Shown here: positions 44,117-53,284 of the stretch, one piece after another | Numbering within the stretch: the first letter of the stretch is position 1 | How the letters are laid out: every line of letters begins with the position of its first letter | DNA from: Candidatus Bathyarchaeia archaeon | GTDB taxonomy: Archaea; Thermoproteota; Bathyarchaeia; 40CM-2-53-6 | DNA length: 64,000 nt | Direction of reading: 5' to 3' | NCBI GenBank assembly: GCA_035656295.1 | Contig: DASRSU010000008.1 | Location: 8,110-72,109 of the forward strand | Made by a program: the position numbers and the translations under genes | The notes under the pieces: model-generated | What the model saw: only the letters and a program-made list of their open reading frames with translations | The model's database searches: none | Told to the model about the DNA's origin: nothing

Positions 44117-45915
44117 TTCCTCTTCCTCTCAACAACGTATTCCCGGCCGGTAGGAGTACGGATCTTCAACGTCTCCGCTGCGGGATCTTTGGGTTGATCG
44201 TTCAGTGGTTTCGGGACTGCCTGGGGCTGGAACATCGTTCCCTGACCAGCCTCCTCCGGGATCTGCAATCTCTCGCGCACGTATTCCTGGCTGACTATTC
44301 CTCGAGTATAGAGATCTGCTAACGGTGCCTCGTTGGCCCGCCAGTCTTCAGGCGTGATTTCTTTGAAGTTGAAAGTAATGTCTTCCTTGTCGGTCGGCGA
44401 GTCTTTCGCTGCCGGGACGTTGGCTGCTTGTGGTTTTGCTACTTTCTTGGGGGTTGAGATTGTACGTCTACCTCTGGTCCATCGCCAAGCTGTCTACCAG
44501 GACGCAGGTTAAGCAGAATTCTCGGAATCACGTAGTCCATGTGGAGCTGCTCTAGCTTCTCCTGGTTCTCTCGAGTCTCGTCTTCCATCAGTTCGAAGTT
44601 GAGGCTTCCCCACTTGATCTCCTGACCTCCGCCCAGAGTTGCAACTGTGAGAGGGATGCCCATTCCCAGAAGGACACGTTCCTTGTACGCCTGGAGATAG
44701 TTGGCCACACTGTCGCTGGTTCCGCCGGCTTTGTAGAGCTCTTCGCCTTTGACGAGAAAGTTGACCCAGACGTCCTCGCCCTGCTGACGATTTTCGATCG
44801 TAGTCTTCTGGCGCAGAATGTCATCGGTTGCAGGAATACTAGAGACCTGTTGGTGGGTCTCGTCAAAGTACGTGCCTCCAAAGTTCCACACAATCGTCTT
44901 GTCGCCTCTCTTGCCAACGATCGTGGGCAAGTACTGCAGCATTACGAGGTAGCCTTTCAGCGCGAACAATGTTTCGCGGAAAGTACTGTAGCCGTAGATG
45001 CCGCCCGTTATCTTGTTGAACTGGAGACACAGCATCTGATCCGGGTGAAAATCAATCTCCGTCTCGCTACCGATTACTGCAGTCGGTGCAAGAGGCCCGG
45101 ACCATCTCCGCTGAATATACTTGTCCACAAGAACTGTTGCGCGGTCCTTGTCCCACTGCTGTGGCTGGATCTGGATACGGAACGTTCGTGGATCCGTGTT
45201 CTTGAGACCATAGAACTTGGTTGCAGGAGTGAAGCTTACGAGTGGTCGCGGCGCGTAGGTGATGTTACTGCCCTGGTATCCGACTCCTTGGGCAACGTCA
45301 GCAGCGTTTGAAAGACTCCAGGTTGCCGTGCTGTCGTCTACGGACTCAATGTACGCATTGCCCCAGATCAGCGCGTTCTTCGTCGCTTCGAATAGTGAGT
45401 GCTTGATCTTGAGCCGCTTGTACTCTTTGAGAATCTTGTCGGTCAGCTGGTCGCTGCCACTGTTGATCTCAAAACCCGGTTTCCAAACTTGACGAGTTTT
45501 GAGCTTTACCGCGTATGCAACTTCGGGAACGAACAGATATGCGTCGAGGCTAGAGGAGCTTTCTTAGAGCTCTTACTCCCAATACCAACCCCAGTCGTTT
45601 AGCCCTGCTTGGTTTAGCAGACTGGCCAACCGAAGGTTGGTGCATACTGTCCGAGAACGGGCGTCGTGGCTGCAAGGGCGCGATCGTCTTCTCGAATCTT
45701 GGTCCTAACATGCTCAGCGAGTTTCTGACTCGCGACCTGCGGAGAATATTCCCAGCTGTCCCCAAAGCCAATGTCGCTGTTGCGAACATAGCCCTGCTGG
45801 ATGAAACGTATTGGAACCTTCTCAATTATTCTGTTGAAGTCGGGCAGAACGGATGTTGAGAAGACTGGGGTGGGGAGGGTGTTTCGCCCTGGTGTCCGTT
45901 TTTTAAGACCGAATC
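44117..45915 (-). pseudogene. portal protein, reading frame broken at least three times
   Basis: Hand translation gives portal-like segments in different frames, from N- to C-terminus. First, frame q (~45915 to TAA ~45613), ...DFNRIIEKVPIRFIQQGYVRNSDIGFGDSWEY...PVLGQYAPTFGWPVC*. Second, frame c (opens ~45562, ESSSLDAYLFVPEVAYAVKLKTRQVWKPGFEINSGSDQLTDKILKEYKRLKIKHSLFEATKNALIWGNAYIESVDD...ATKFYGLKNTDPRT), switching at ~45176-45186. Third, the listed 229-aa ORF 44439..45128 (...RIQIQPQQWDKDRATVLVDKYIQRRW...GGGQEIKWGSLNFELMEDETRENQEKLEQL...). Fourth, the C-terminal frame 44117..~44490 (...ITPEDWRANEAPLADLYTRGIVSQEYVRERLQIPEE...). None of the upstream segments has a canonical start. Confidence 0.55.
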
Positions 45916-45930
45916 TTTCTAGGAACCTCT

Positions 45931-46394
45931 TTGGTAGATGTAACAGTGCTCACCTCCGACGTGATCGTGAAGTCTTGGTCTGAACCCGAGAAATCCTGGC
46001 TCGCCTGTGCTATCGACAGCGAAGGATCTATCAATTTCCGTCCTGACAAGAGGCACAAGGAAACAATGAGTTTCTCCGTTTGGTTCTGCAATACCAATCG
46101 GCCATTCGCGCACACGTTCGCCAAACTGACTGGAGGGACGCTCTTTTCGCGCGGCCACCGCGCGGTTTCGGCAAGAAGATGCAATTCGAGGTCTATGTGA
46201 CCTCCAAGGCGCGGGTTGGGAAGCTGCTAGAAGCAGTGCTTCCGTATCTGATTGTAAAACAACAACGCGCTCGCGAACTGCTAGCCTGGATCCGTCAGCA
46301 TCCAGAGACTAGAGCCGACAGAATCGTCAGGTTGAACCGGACGCTTCCTCGAAACGAGGCCGGTTCAAACATGCCTCTAGCATCGTCCTACTGA
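45931..46394 (+). pseudogene. LAGLIDADG-family homing endonuclease (single-motif type), frameshifted near 46105-46135
   Basis: KSWLACAIDSEGSINFRPDKRHKETMSFSVWFCNTNRPFAHTFAKLTGG (LAGLIDADG-like motif WLACAIDSEGS). The C-terminal half continues in the +1 frame (FGKKMQFEVYVTSKARVGKLLEAVLPYLIVKQQRARELLAWIRQHP). The break lies at a cttttcgcgcggccaccgcgcgg run. Sits on the opposite strand between the portal and TerL genes. Confidence 0.6.
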
Positions 46395-47864
46395 ACATAC
46401 GTGCCGTCTGCTTTCTTGTGACCGCAGATACAGTCAGTGTTGGGTGGATTCCAGCGTCCACACCAAGTGCACAACACCTTGCCGTGCTTTGTGTTGTCAT
46501 TGTCCCAGGGCTTCTTGGGCCCATTGTCGAATTCGCCCGGTCGCTTGCTCAGATATACTGTGTAATCGATGGGCTTGTTCTCAGGCCTTGAAGCGTACAC
46601 TGCCAAGGCGAACGCCCACAGCTGATCGTCATGTGTCCCGGCGGGGTGAGAGAACTGCATCTGCCCGGTCTTGGTGAGTTCGTACCTTTCCAAATTTAGC
46701 TGGTTGATCAAGTCCTGATCATAGAACACCGCAGCTTTTCCTTCTTGCATCTGTTTCTTGAGATACACCATGATCTGCTGTTTCTGGGGCAGGGAGAGCA
46801 TAACGCCCTCCGAATTTTTCAATCCGGCTTTCGCGGCTTCCTCCACGAAAACTTCGCCAACTCCAGTTTGATCAATGAGGATGCGGACGACTCGGTCATG
46901 TTTCTGATTCGCAAGAGACAGCCAGCCGAGGACCGTCCCATATTCAGTGCCGAGTTTGAACTGTTTCACCTTAACTAGAAGTGCCTGCCCAGCAATCTTC
47001 CGGACTACTGCGATCACCGAATGATTACGCTTCTGGCCAAGGTCTACGCCAATGTAGAACTCGCCATGTTTAGCGTCCTCAGTCGCTGCTGGTGTAGAAG
47101 TCGTCGGGTATAGGCTCCAGATCTTGTCTTATCGATTTGGTGATGAGACTCATTGGGAGCCAGGCGTCTTCGTCTTCGGCGAACTCTGCTTCCATCTCTC
47201 TTTGCCAACGCCACGGATCAACCGACTCAATCTGTTTGCGCAGTTTCTCCAGAATCTCCTCTTTGAGGGGACCGTTGGGTTCGAGGGCTTCACGCCAGGA
47301 AATGTGATGTCGTGAGACATCTCCGTAAGTATCGTTGTCGGTACACATCCGATAGAAGACGCTGTCGCGGCTTCCAGGTGTCGAGGTGGCGAGAAACTTA
47401 CCGTTAGTGGTGGCCAGCGTAAAGACGACTGCGTCGAGTAGATCTGCGTCGTCCCGTACGAAACCGTATTCGTCGATGAATACGAGATTGACTCCGGGCT
47501 CGCCACGTATCGTCTCGGGATTGTTGGGGAAGGCCTGGACGCGGCTGCCGTTGTGGAATTCGATTTTTGTTTGGAGCGGTTTCGGGGCCACATATTTGGG
47601 TAGACGCCTCAGGAAACTAGAAATTTTTCGAATGATGATCTTGCTTTGCCGAAGTGAGGGTGAGACGACTAGGACATTGAATTCACGGTTGCGTAGGCAC
47701 TGAAAGAGTATCAACGCTGCGATGATGTGGCTTTTGCCGCTTTGTCGACACCAGCGAATGACAATGAACTGTGACTTGTCATTGAGAACTTTGTTTTGGT
47801 ATTTTGTGGGTTTGAATGACAATAGTTTCTCGCAAAATTCTACTGCCTCCTCCGGGACATTCAA
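46388..47864 (-). pseudogene. terL: terminase large subunit, ATPase and nuclease domains in different frames (break ~47054-47100)
   Basis: ORF 47079..47864 has Walker A VIRWCRQSGKSHII, Walker B LVFIDEYGFV and an ...AEFAEDEDAWLPMSL end. ORF 46388..47017 is the RNase-H-like nuclease (IDQTGVGEVFVEE, HDDQLWAFALAVYA). The nuclease frame extends upstream with no start (STPAATEDAKHGEFYIGVDLGQKRNHSVIAVV) and overlaps the ATPase ORF end (PDDFYTSSD*). Confidence 0.85.
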
Positions 47865-47889
47865 GCCCTTCTTGCGCGCAAGGCGTCCT

Positions 47890-48204
47890 TCAATCTCGTG
47901 CTTGAGGTTGTGCGTCTCCGTCTCGAAGCTCTTCGACCATATGTCTGAGTTCCGCGAGCTGTCTCTTCGCGACGTTGTTGTCCACGTTTTTCATTAGTCC
48001 GTTTAGGGTTTGTGCAAGATAGGCCAACACGCTATACCAGCTAGTCCTCTGGTTTGCTTCGTACTCCGGTTCATTAGGATTGGTTGGGCCTTTACGCTTA
48101 GTTGGGCCCTTGGCAAGCATCGCTGCTGTTCTGATCGCTTCATGGAGAGTATTGATGATCTCTCGCCTGATGGTTTCAGTAGTGGGACTTCGTTTTTTCG
48201 GCAT
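47890..48204 (-). CDS. putative terminase small subunit (positional)
   Basis: 104-aa ORF immediately upstream of TerL in the same orientation; basic N-terminus (MPKKRSPTTETIRREIINTL...). Confidence 0.3.
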   Translation of the reverse strand: MPKKRSPTTETIRREIINTLHEAIRTAAMLAKGPTKRKGPTNPNEPEYEANQRTSWYSVLAYLAQTLNGLMKNVDNNVAKRQLAELRHMVEELRDGDAQPQARD

Positions 48205-48604
48205 TCAATGAGGCCTGCCAAAGAAGACTCTCAGCCAATCCAATTTGTCGAAGTAATTGTGAGATCAACCGTGAATTAGGTGCCTGCGCAGGTGTCTGCG
48301 GCTGCGTCATCCACGTCCTCGCCCTTTACCGTGATGTATGTTGGTATGTTTCCTAACAAGTTGCAATATTGTAAGATTCATGATTGTCGCTATCGCACTG
48401 AATGCGCTGTTGATCAATATCCCGTCGTGGCCTGTCAGTGTGCCCGCGATTGTGATCGCTGTAATGCCGAGAATCCCCGAGCTACCGAGCATTACTATGT
48501 TGTCCACCAAGATTGAACGCCGAACCATTTCAAGGAGAGACAATTACTAAACCCCGGATGATCTCGACAAAAAATTGGGGAGCCCAGTTCTTCGGACTTG
48601 GTGC

Positions 48605-48814
48605 TCAATACACTTTGCGGTCTCGGAGGAATTTATCGATGAACAGAAGGACCAGCGCGAGGAATGGCACGCCTCCAATCGTGGGTTCTGCCTGCAATCC
48701 TGGAATCAAAGTCTGGAGAAATGTGGCGATGGCTGCTGCGATTGCGACCCGTAGAATTCTTAGGAACGCTCTGAAGCTCGGATAAGCTAGGGCCTTCTGC
48801 CAGAGAGTATTCAC
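48605..48814 (-). CDS. small membrane protein
   Basis: 69-aa 2-TM ORF near the presumed right end of the provirus. Confidence 0.25.
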   Translation of the reverse strand: MNTLWQKALAYPSFRAFLRILRVAIAAAIATFLQTLIPGLQAEPTIGGVPFLALVLLFIDKFLRDRKVY

Positions 48815-50085
48815 TTCTTTGGCTATGCTTAATGTCTACACCTCCAATCGGGTTTTGGTCGCGCGACGGCCAATAGGTCGCGGTCGTAGCCAGGTGAACT
48901 GATTACCTCGCCAACATCAACATCTAGGAGGACACTCTCAACGAGTGAGACAATCTCGCCGAGTTGCCGGTCCCTGAATGTGTTTTGCCGGACCTGGCGA
49001 ACCTCTTGGTCTAGAATTTGTTGTATGCGAGTTTGTCCTCTGATTGTTGGTCCCTCCCCGGTTATTCCGGGCGAGGAGAATCGCTGGCATCACGCCCGAT
49101 TCGGCGTCTACAGCGTTTGTCCGTCGCGGTTTTTCCGCAGACCACTATATGTCGACGGAAATATATTAGGAGAGGCCGCGCAAAAAACCACCGTCCGGGA
49201 TTATCTGGGATTTAATCGAGCCTCTGAGATTCATTCCTTGAACTGTTTCAGATATCCTAACTCGCTTAATCGTTCTCTTACCAATCTTCGTATCAAGAAA
49301 CTTAGCTGATGTTCTCCAATTGCTTCGGAGTACGACCGCAAGGCGTTCCATACATCTGTAGGCATTCTCAGGTGAACCTCAGCCCTCAGTCGGTTTTCTG
49401 GATTGTAAAGCGGGGGTCTTCCTCGCCGCCTAGCTGAGGAAATATCCGATTATCTGCACCGACTTATCTATGGTAACCCTTCGGAAAACATTTTCTCGAC
49501 AACGAAGACCAAGAAGACTAGAACAGATGCCGGGAATATTACTGTCTGCGGCTGAAAAACATCACGCAATTCTCTTCAAAATGAGGATCTTCAGCCGACT
49601 TGAACGCGTCTACGTCAATTCGCGCAAGGCTCTATCAGTATACCACTATTTTTCCTTGTGATTCTCAACTCTATTCCAATCAATGGTTCCGCCATTTCTC
49701 TCGGCAGGTAAACAAAGTAGGATTTGTAGACGTACTCTCCTTTTTTTCTTGTCATGTAGATTTTCCTGTAAGTCTTTACCTGGATCTTAGGCAAGGTGCG
49801 TTCCTCAACGAGACTTCATTGCTGAATACGGAGCTGGCCGACCATTAAGCGAAAGATAGGTGCAAAAGTGACCTCTTGCCAGCGTGGGAAAGGTAAGTTT
49901 TACCTGTCAAACTGTACCCAAATGAACCTGATCCACCACTCGAACGGGTTGATTTCAGCCTTAATCATGTGATCCCAGCTGACTTTAGGCGAGTCATGCA
50001 AGGGGTAGGGGGTGGGGGTCAACCAAAATCATGAGCGAGCCTTGGTAAGGTTAAGGTAGCCCAGACCTTCTGGTCAGGGTTCTTC

Positions 50086-50814
50086 ATGACAGGCATCCCC
50101 AAACCGACCGTCGAACGACTACTCCAGGAAAACCTGGAACATGACTGCAGTAAAGCCCGAGGAGCATGTGTTAGAATCGTTGCCGTTGCTGAGCTTCCGA
50201 CCATTTATGGACATTTCCAGGCGGTAGCGTTCGAGAACAACGTGGACAAGAAAGAGCATGCGGCCCTTGTCAAGGGAGACGTTTTCGACAGAGATGACAT
50301 CCCGGTCAGAATGCATTCCGAATGCCTCACAGGCGACGTCTTCGGCTCCCTGCGCTGCGACTGCCGCGAACAGTTGCAACACTCCCTGAAAGCAATCAAC
50401 GAAATGGAGCATGGCATTATCCTCTACTTGAGACAGGAGGGGCGGGGAATCGGCTTCGTAAACAAGATACGAGCATATCAGCTACAAGACCATGGCAAGG
50501 ATACGTACGAGGCGAACATTGCACTAGGCTTCCGGCCGGACGAGCGGGACTACGATCTAGCCGCACACATGATCGGGTCGTTACATGTCAAGTCGGTCAA
50601 GCTGATGACGAACAATCCTCAGAAGATCAAGGATTTACAATTACACGGTGTCAAGATAACAGGTCGAATCCCCCTTATTATTCCGTCAAACAGGTACAAC
50701 GCGTTCTACCTAGAAACGAAACGCGTCAAAGGAGGACACTTGTTACAGCCGGGTCAATTGCATGACATGTTTCTGGAGCAGGGCGAGCTACCGCCAGACC
50801 AAGATCCAAAATAG
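50086..50814 (+). CDS. ribA: GTP cyclohydrolase II (riboflavin biosynthesis)
   Basis: RMHSECLTGDVFGSLRCDCREQL zinc/substrate motif; ILYLRQEGRGIG. Confidence 0.85.
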   Translation: MTGIPKPTVERLLQENLEHDCSKARGACVRIVAVAELPTIYGHFQAVAFENNVDKKEHAALVKGDVFDRDDIPVRMHSECLTGDVFGSLRCDCREQLQHSLKAINEMEHGIILYLRQEGRGIGFVNKIRAYQLQDHGKDTYEANIALGFRPDERDYDLAAHMIGSLHVKSVKLMTNNPQKIKDLQLHGVKITGRIPLIIPSNRYNAFYLETKRVKGGHLLQPGQLHDMFLEQGELPPDQDPK

Positions 50815-50828
50815 GAATGCTACAATAG

Positions 50829-51497
50829 TCAGTCTAGAACCTCGTAAGACAATACGATATCAGCTCCGTACGATCTAGCTTTTGTAAACCGTAATTTGAC
50901 TGCATCCTCCACTCGCTCGACACCCTCTCCTTCAACCAATGTGACGGCCTCCTCTCCACCAATTATCAACGGACTCACAGCAATACTCACTTCATCCACG
51001 AAACCCTGGGTCAACATATTCCAGTTCAACGTCCCGCCACCTTCCAGGAGTATTTTCCGAATCCCGAGCCGCATGACACTTTTCATCAACATAGGAAGAG
51101 AAACGAGTTTGCCTCTTCCACAAACCAAGACCATAACACCCATCTTCTTGAGTCGACGAATATTCCCTGCAGGTGCCTTGCTCGTTACTGCAATGATTGT
51201 AGGTATTTTCCTGGCCGTCTTGACAACGTAGGCGCCTGCTGGTGTCCTAGCGAGGCCGTCGACGACGATCCGTGTCGGGTTTCGTCCTCGGTAGTATTTG
51301 GTCGTAAGTTTTGGATCGTCTGCTAGTATCGTGCCAAGCCCGACCATTATTCCGTCCACGCTACTTCGTAACCTGTGGACACGCTTGAGATCTTGTTGAG
51401 ATGAGAGTCTTGATTCCCTCCTCTTGGTGGCTATTTTGCCATCAAGGCTCATAGCTGAATTCAAAATTACGTGGGGACGCGAGCCATTCATAGTCAT
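50829..51497 (-). CDS. 2,5-diamino-6-ribosylamino-4(3H)-pyrimidinone 5'-phosphate reductase (RibD C-terminal-domain-type reductase)
   Basis: VILNSAMSLDGKIATKRRESRLSS...RLRSSVDGIMVGLGTILADDPKLT matches the RibD_C / dihydrofolate-reductase-like reductase pattern. Confidence 0.8.
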   Translation of the reverse strand: MTMNGSRPHVILNSAMSLDGKIATKRRESRLSSQQDLKRVHRLRSSVDGIMVGLGTILADDPKLTTKYYRGRNPTRIVVDGLARTPAGAYVVKTARKIPTIIAVTSKAPAGNIRRLKKMGVMVLVCGRGKLVSLPMLMKSVMRLGIRKILLEGGGTLNWNMLTQGFVDEVSIAVSPLIIGGEEAVTLVEGEGVERVEDAVKLRFTKARSYGADIVLSYEVLD

Positions 51498-51517
51498 CCA
51501 GTTGAGACTGTGGTGTA

Positions 51518-52010
51518 TTACCTTGTCAACTCCATTAGAATCTCTTCAATCTCAGCGCCGCGCGCCATAGCGAAGCCCTTTCCCAGGTCGACAATTCTGA
51601 AACCATTCTTTTCCAAAACCCTGATGCTTGCCGTATTGTTTTTGGCCGCACCAGCATAGATGGGACGGGTCTTCAACTCTTGCAGAAATAACGATAAGGC
51701 TTGGTCGCGACCCCCTTGCCCCAGTATTTCTTTTCCAATCCAGTAGGTAACCTCTGGCCTCCCTTCTTCGCACGTATTTGGCGACGCTACTGGCAATACG
51801 TCCATTGTAAAGAACAGACTTGACCACAACATCCTCCTCATTCCTCATTTTTGTCCAGTGTTTGTCGAAAGCCTCTCGCTCGCTCGGGTCTATCCCAATG
51901 AACGCGGCCATGTAATTTGCTTTCGGATCCAGTTGATACTCGTAGAACGCAGGTAGGTCGCTGTCGGGGACAGCTCTCAAAAGGATCCTGCTCACTACCA
52001 CCACTCTCAT
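51518..52010 (-). pseudogene. GNAT-family N-acetyltransferase, frameshifted near 51760-51775
   Basis: N-terminal part in the frame of ORF 51552..52010 (...AFIGIDPSER...VVVKSVLYNGRIASSVAKYV, then nonsense). C-terminal GNAT motifs in the frame of ORF 51518..51841 (RPEVTYWIGKEILGQGGRDQALSLFLQEL...NNTASIRVLEKNGFRIVDLGKGFA) after a nonsense N-terminus. Confidence 0.75.
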
Positions 52011-52170
52011 TTACAAAGGGTAGTTGGCGGTGAGCGCAATGAATGTAGAGTATTGTCGGCCCAATCCCATGACTTACGGTTCTGGTCGGGACTATCAATA
52101 GACCTCGTAGAATATTGTTGTACAGGATATGTCTATCGACACTACCTAGACATGTTGAGCAGGAAGATGA

Positions 52171-52587
52171 ATGGGGAAAGTCGAATTCGTCCTCGCGGTC
52201 GGATTGTACACGTCAAGCATTCTGGGAATCCAACTATTGCTCATGGACAGATGGCTCTGGAATGCTAGCCCAACACACGCAATCGGCCTAGCCCTGTTCG
52301 TAACAGTTGACGTCATGCTCCTAGCAGGTATGCGGAGACAAACACAATTGGCTAGTCCTGGTGCTCTGCTAGTCTCGCTCATCCAGCTTGGGGCGATGAT
52401 AGCTGATTTGGGCAACGGACAACCTGCAGACGTGTCATCAGACTCTTTCCGAGCCTACCTACTCGCTAACACCGGCTTCGTTAGTCTCATGGTGGTCCAG
52501 GCCGCAATACTCATAGTGGCAAGCATGGCAGTAACCTCGTCATTAGTTAGCGATCATAACTTGGTGAGTCCTATCAGAGGACAATAG
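52171..52587 (+). CDS. hypothetical integral membrane protein
   Basis: 138 aa, four hydrophobic helices. Confidence 0.45.
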   Translation: MGKVEFVLAVGLYTSSILGIQLLLMDRWLWNASPTHAIGLALFVTVDVMLLAGMRRQTQLASPGALLVSLIQLGAMIADLGNGQPADVSSDSFRAYLLANTGFVSLMVVQAAILIVASMAVTSSLVSDHNLVSPIRGQ

Positions 52588-53004
52588 CCCGGTGAGAACT
52601 AACTGCAAACAATGATTGTGATGGAGTCGTAGTCTAAAAAATGGGGTGGACTGCTCCCTTATTCTCGCGCAGTCGATAGAGGTTTACTTTTTCCTGGATC
52701 GGGGTGTCCAATATTCGAGGCGTTTCTTGAGTTCTCTGAGTTTGCCCTCGCTCTTTGCTCTAGCGGCGGTGAGCCTTTTCTGCAGTTCTTTGACTTCTTT
52801 GTTGCGCGCAGATGTGACGCTCCGGATGTCTGCCCTTATTCGCCGTACGTAGGCTTCCACTTTCGAACGCTTTGACATTGTTCTGACCGCAGAATCAGAC
52901 CATCTCCTTTTATGATTTTAACATCGTGTCCTTATCATCTAGCGGAAACCTCCGCGAGATCGATCACAGCCATTGTTATCACTATGGGTCCATGATTATG
53001 GACG

Positions 53005-53241
53005 CTAGTTGAACAGCCTCTCCTGACCGTACTTTGTAAGTATCCAGCGATTTTCCCTACCCACTTTGCTGGAAGACACGACTCTATTCTTTCGCAGGAG
53101 CACGAGATGATGACTTACACAACCATTACTGAGACCAGACTTTTCGCTGATCTCGGAGATCCGATTCCAACCTTTTTCCATAACTTCAATAATTCTGGTC
53201 CTCGAAGCGAGTCCTCGCGTCACGTTTCGCATTCCTGGCAA
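53005..53241 (-). CDS. small winged-helix transcriptional regulator (ArsR/MarR-like)
   Basis: 78 aa; NRISEISEKSGLSNGCVSHHLVLLRKNRVV HTH-like. Confidence 0.5.
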   Translation of the reverse strand: MPGMRNVTRGLASRTRIIEVMEKGWNRISEISEKSGLSNGCVSHHLVLLRKNRVVSSSKVGRENRWILTKYGQERLFN

Positions 53242-53284
53242 GTAGGCGCGCGGATGATAGGCGAGACTCAGCTATCTTACCTAC

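Noticed and set aside
45550-45825. Arg-rich 91-aa minus ORF (TTG start) upstream of the portal segments
   Set aside because: It overlaps the portal N-terminal reading frames, which show protein-like sequence in the other two frames. Its composition (many R/S/L) looks like an off-frame read of the portal gene.
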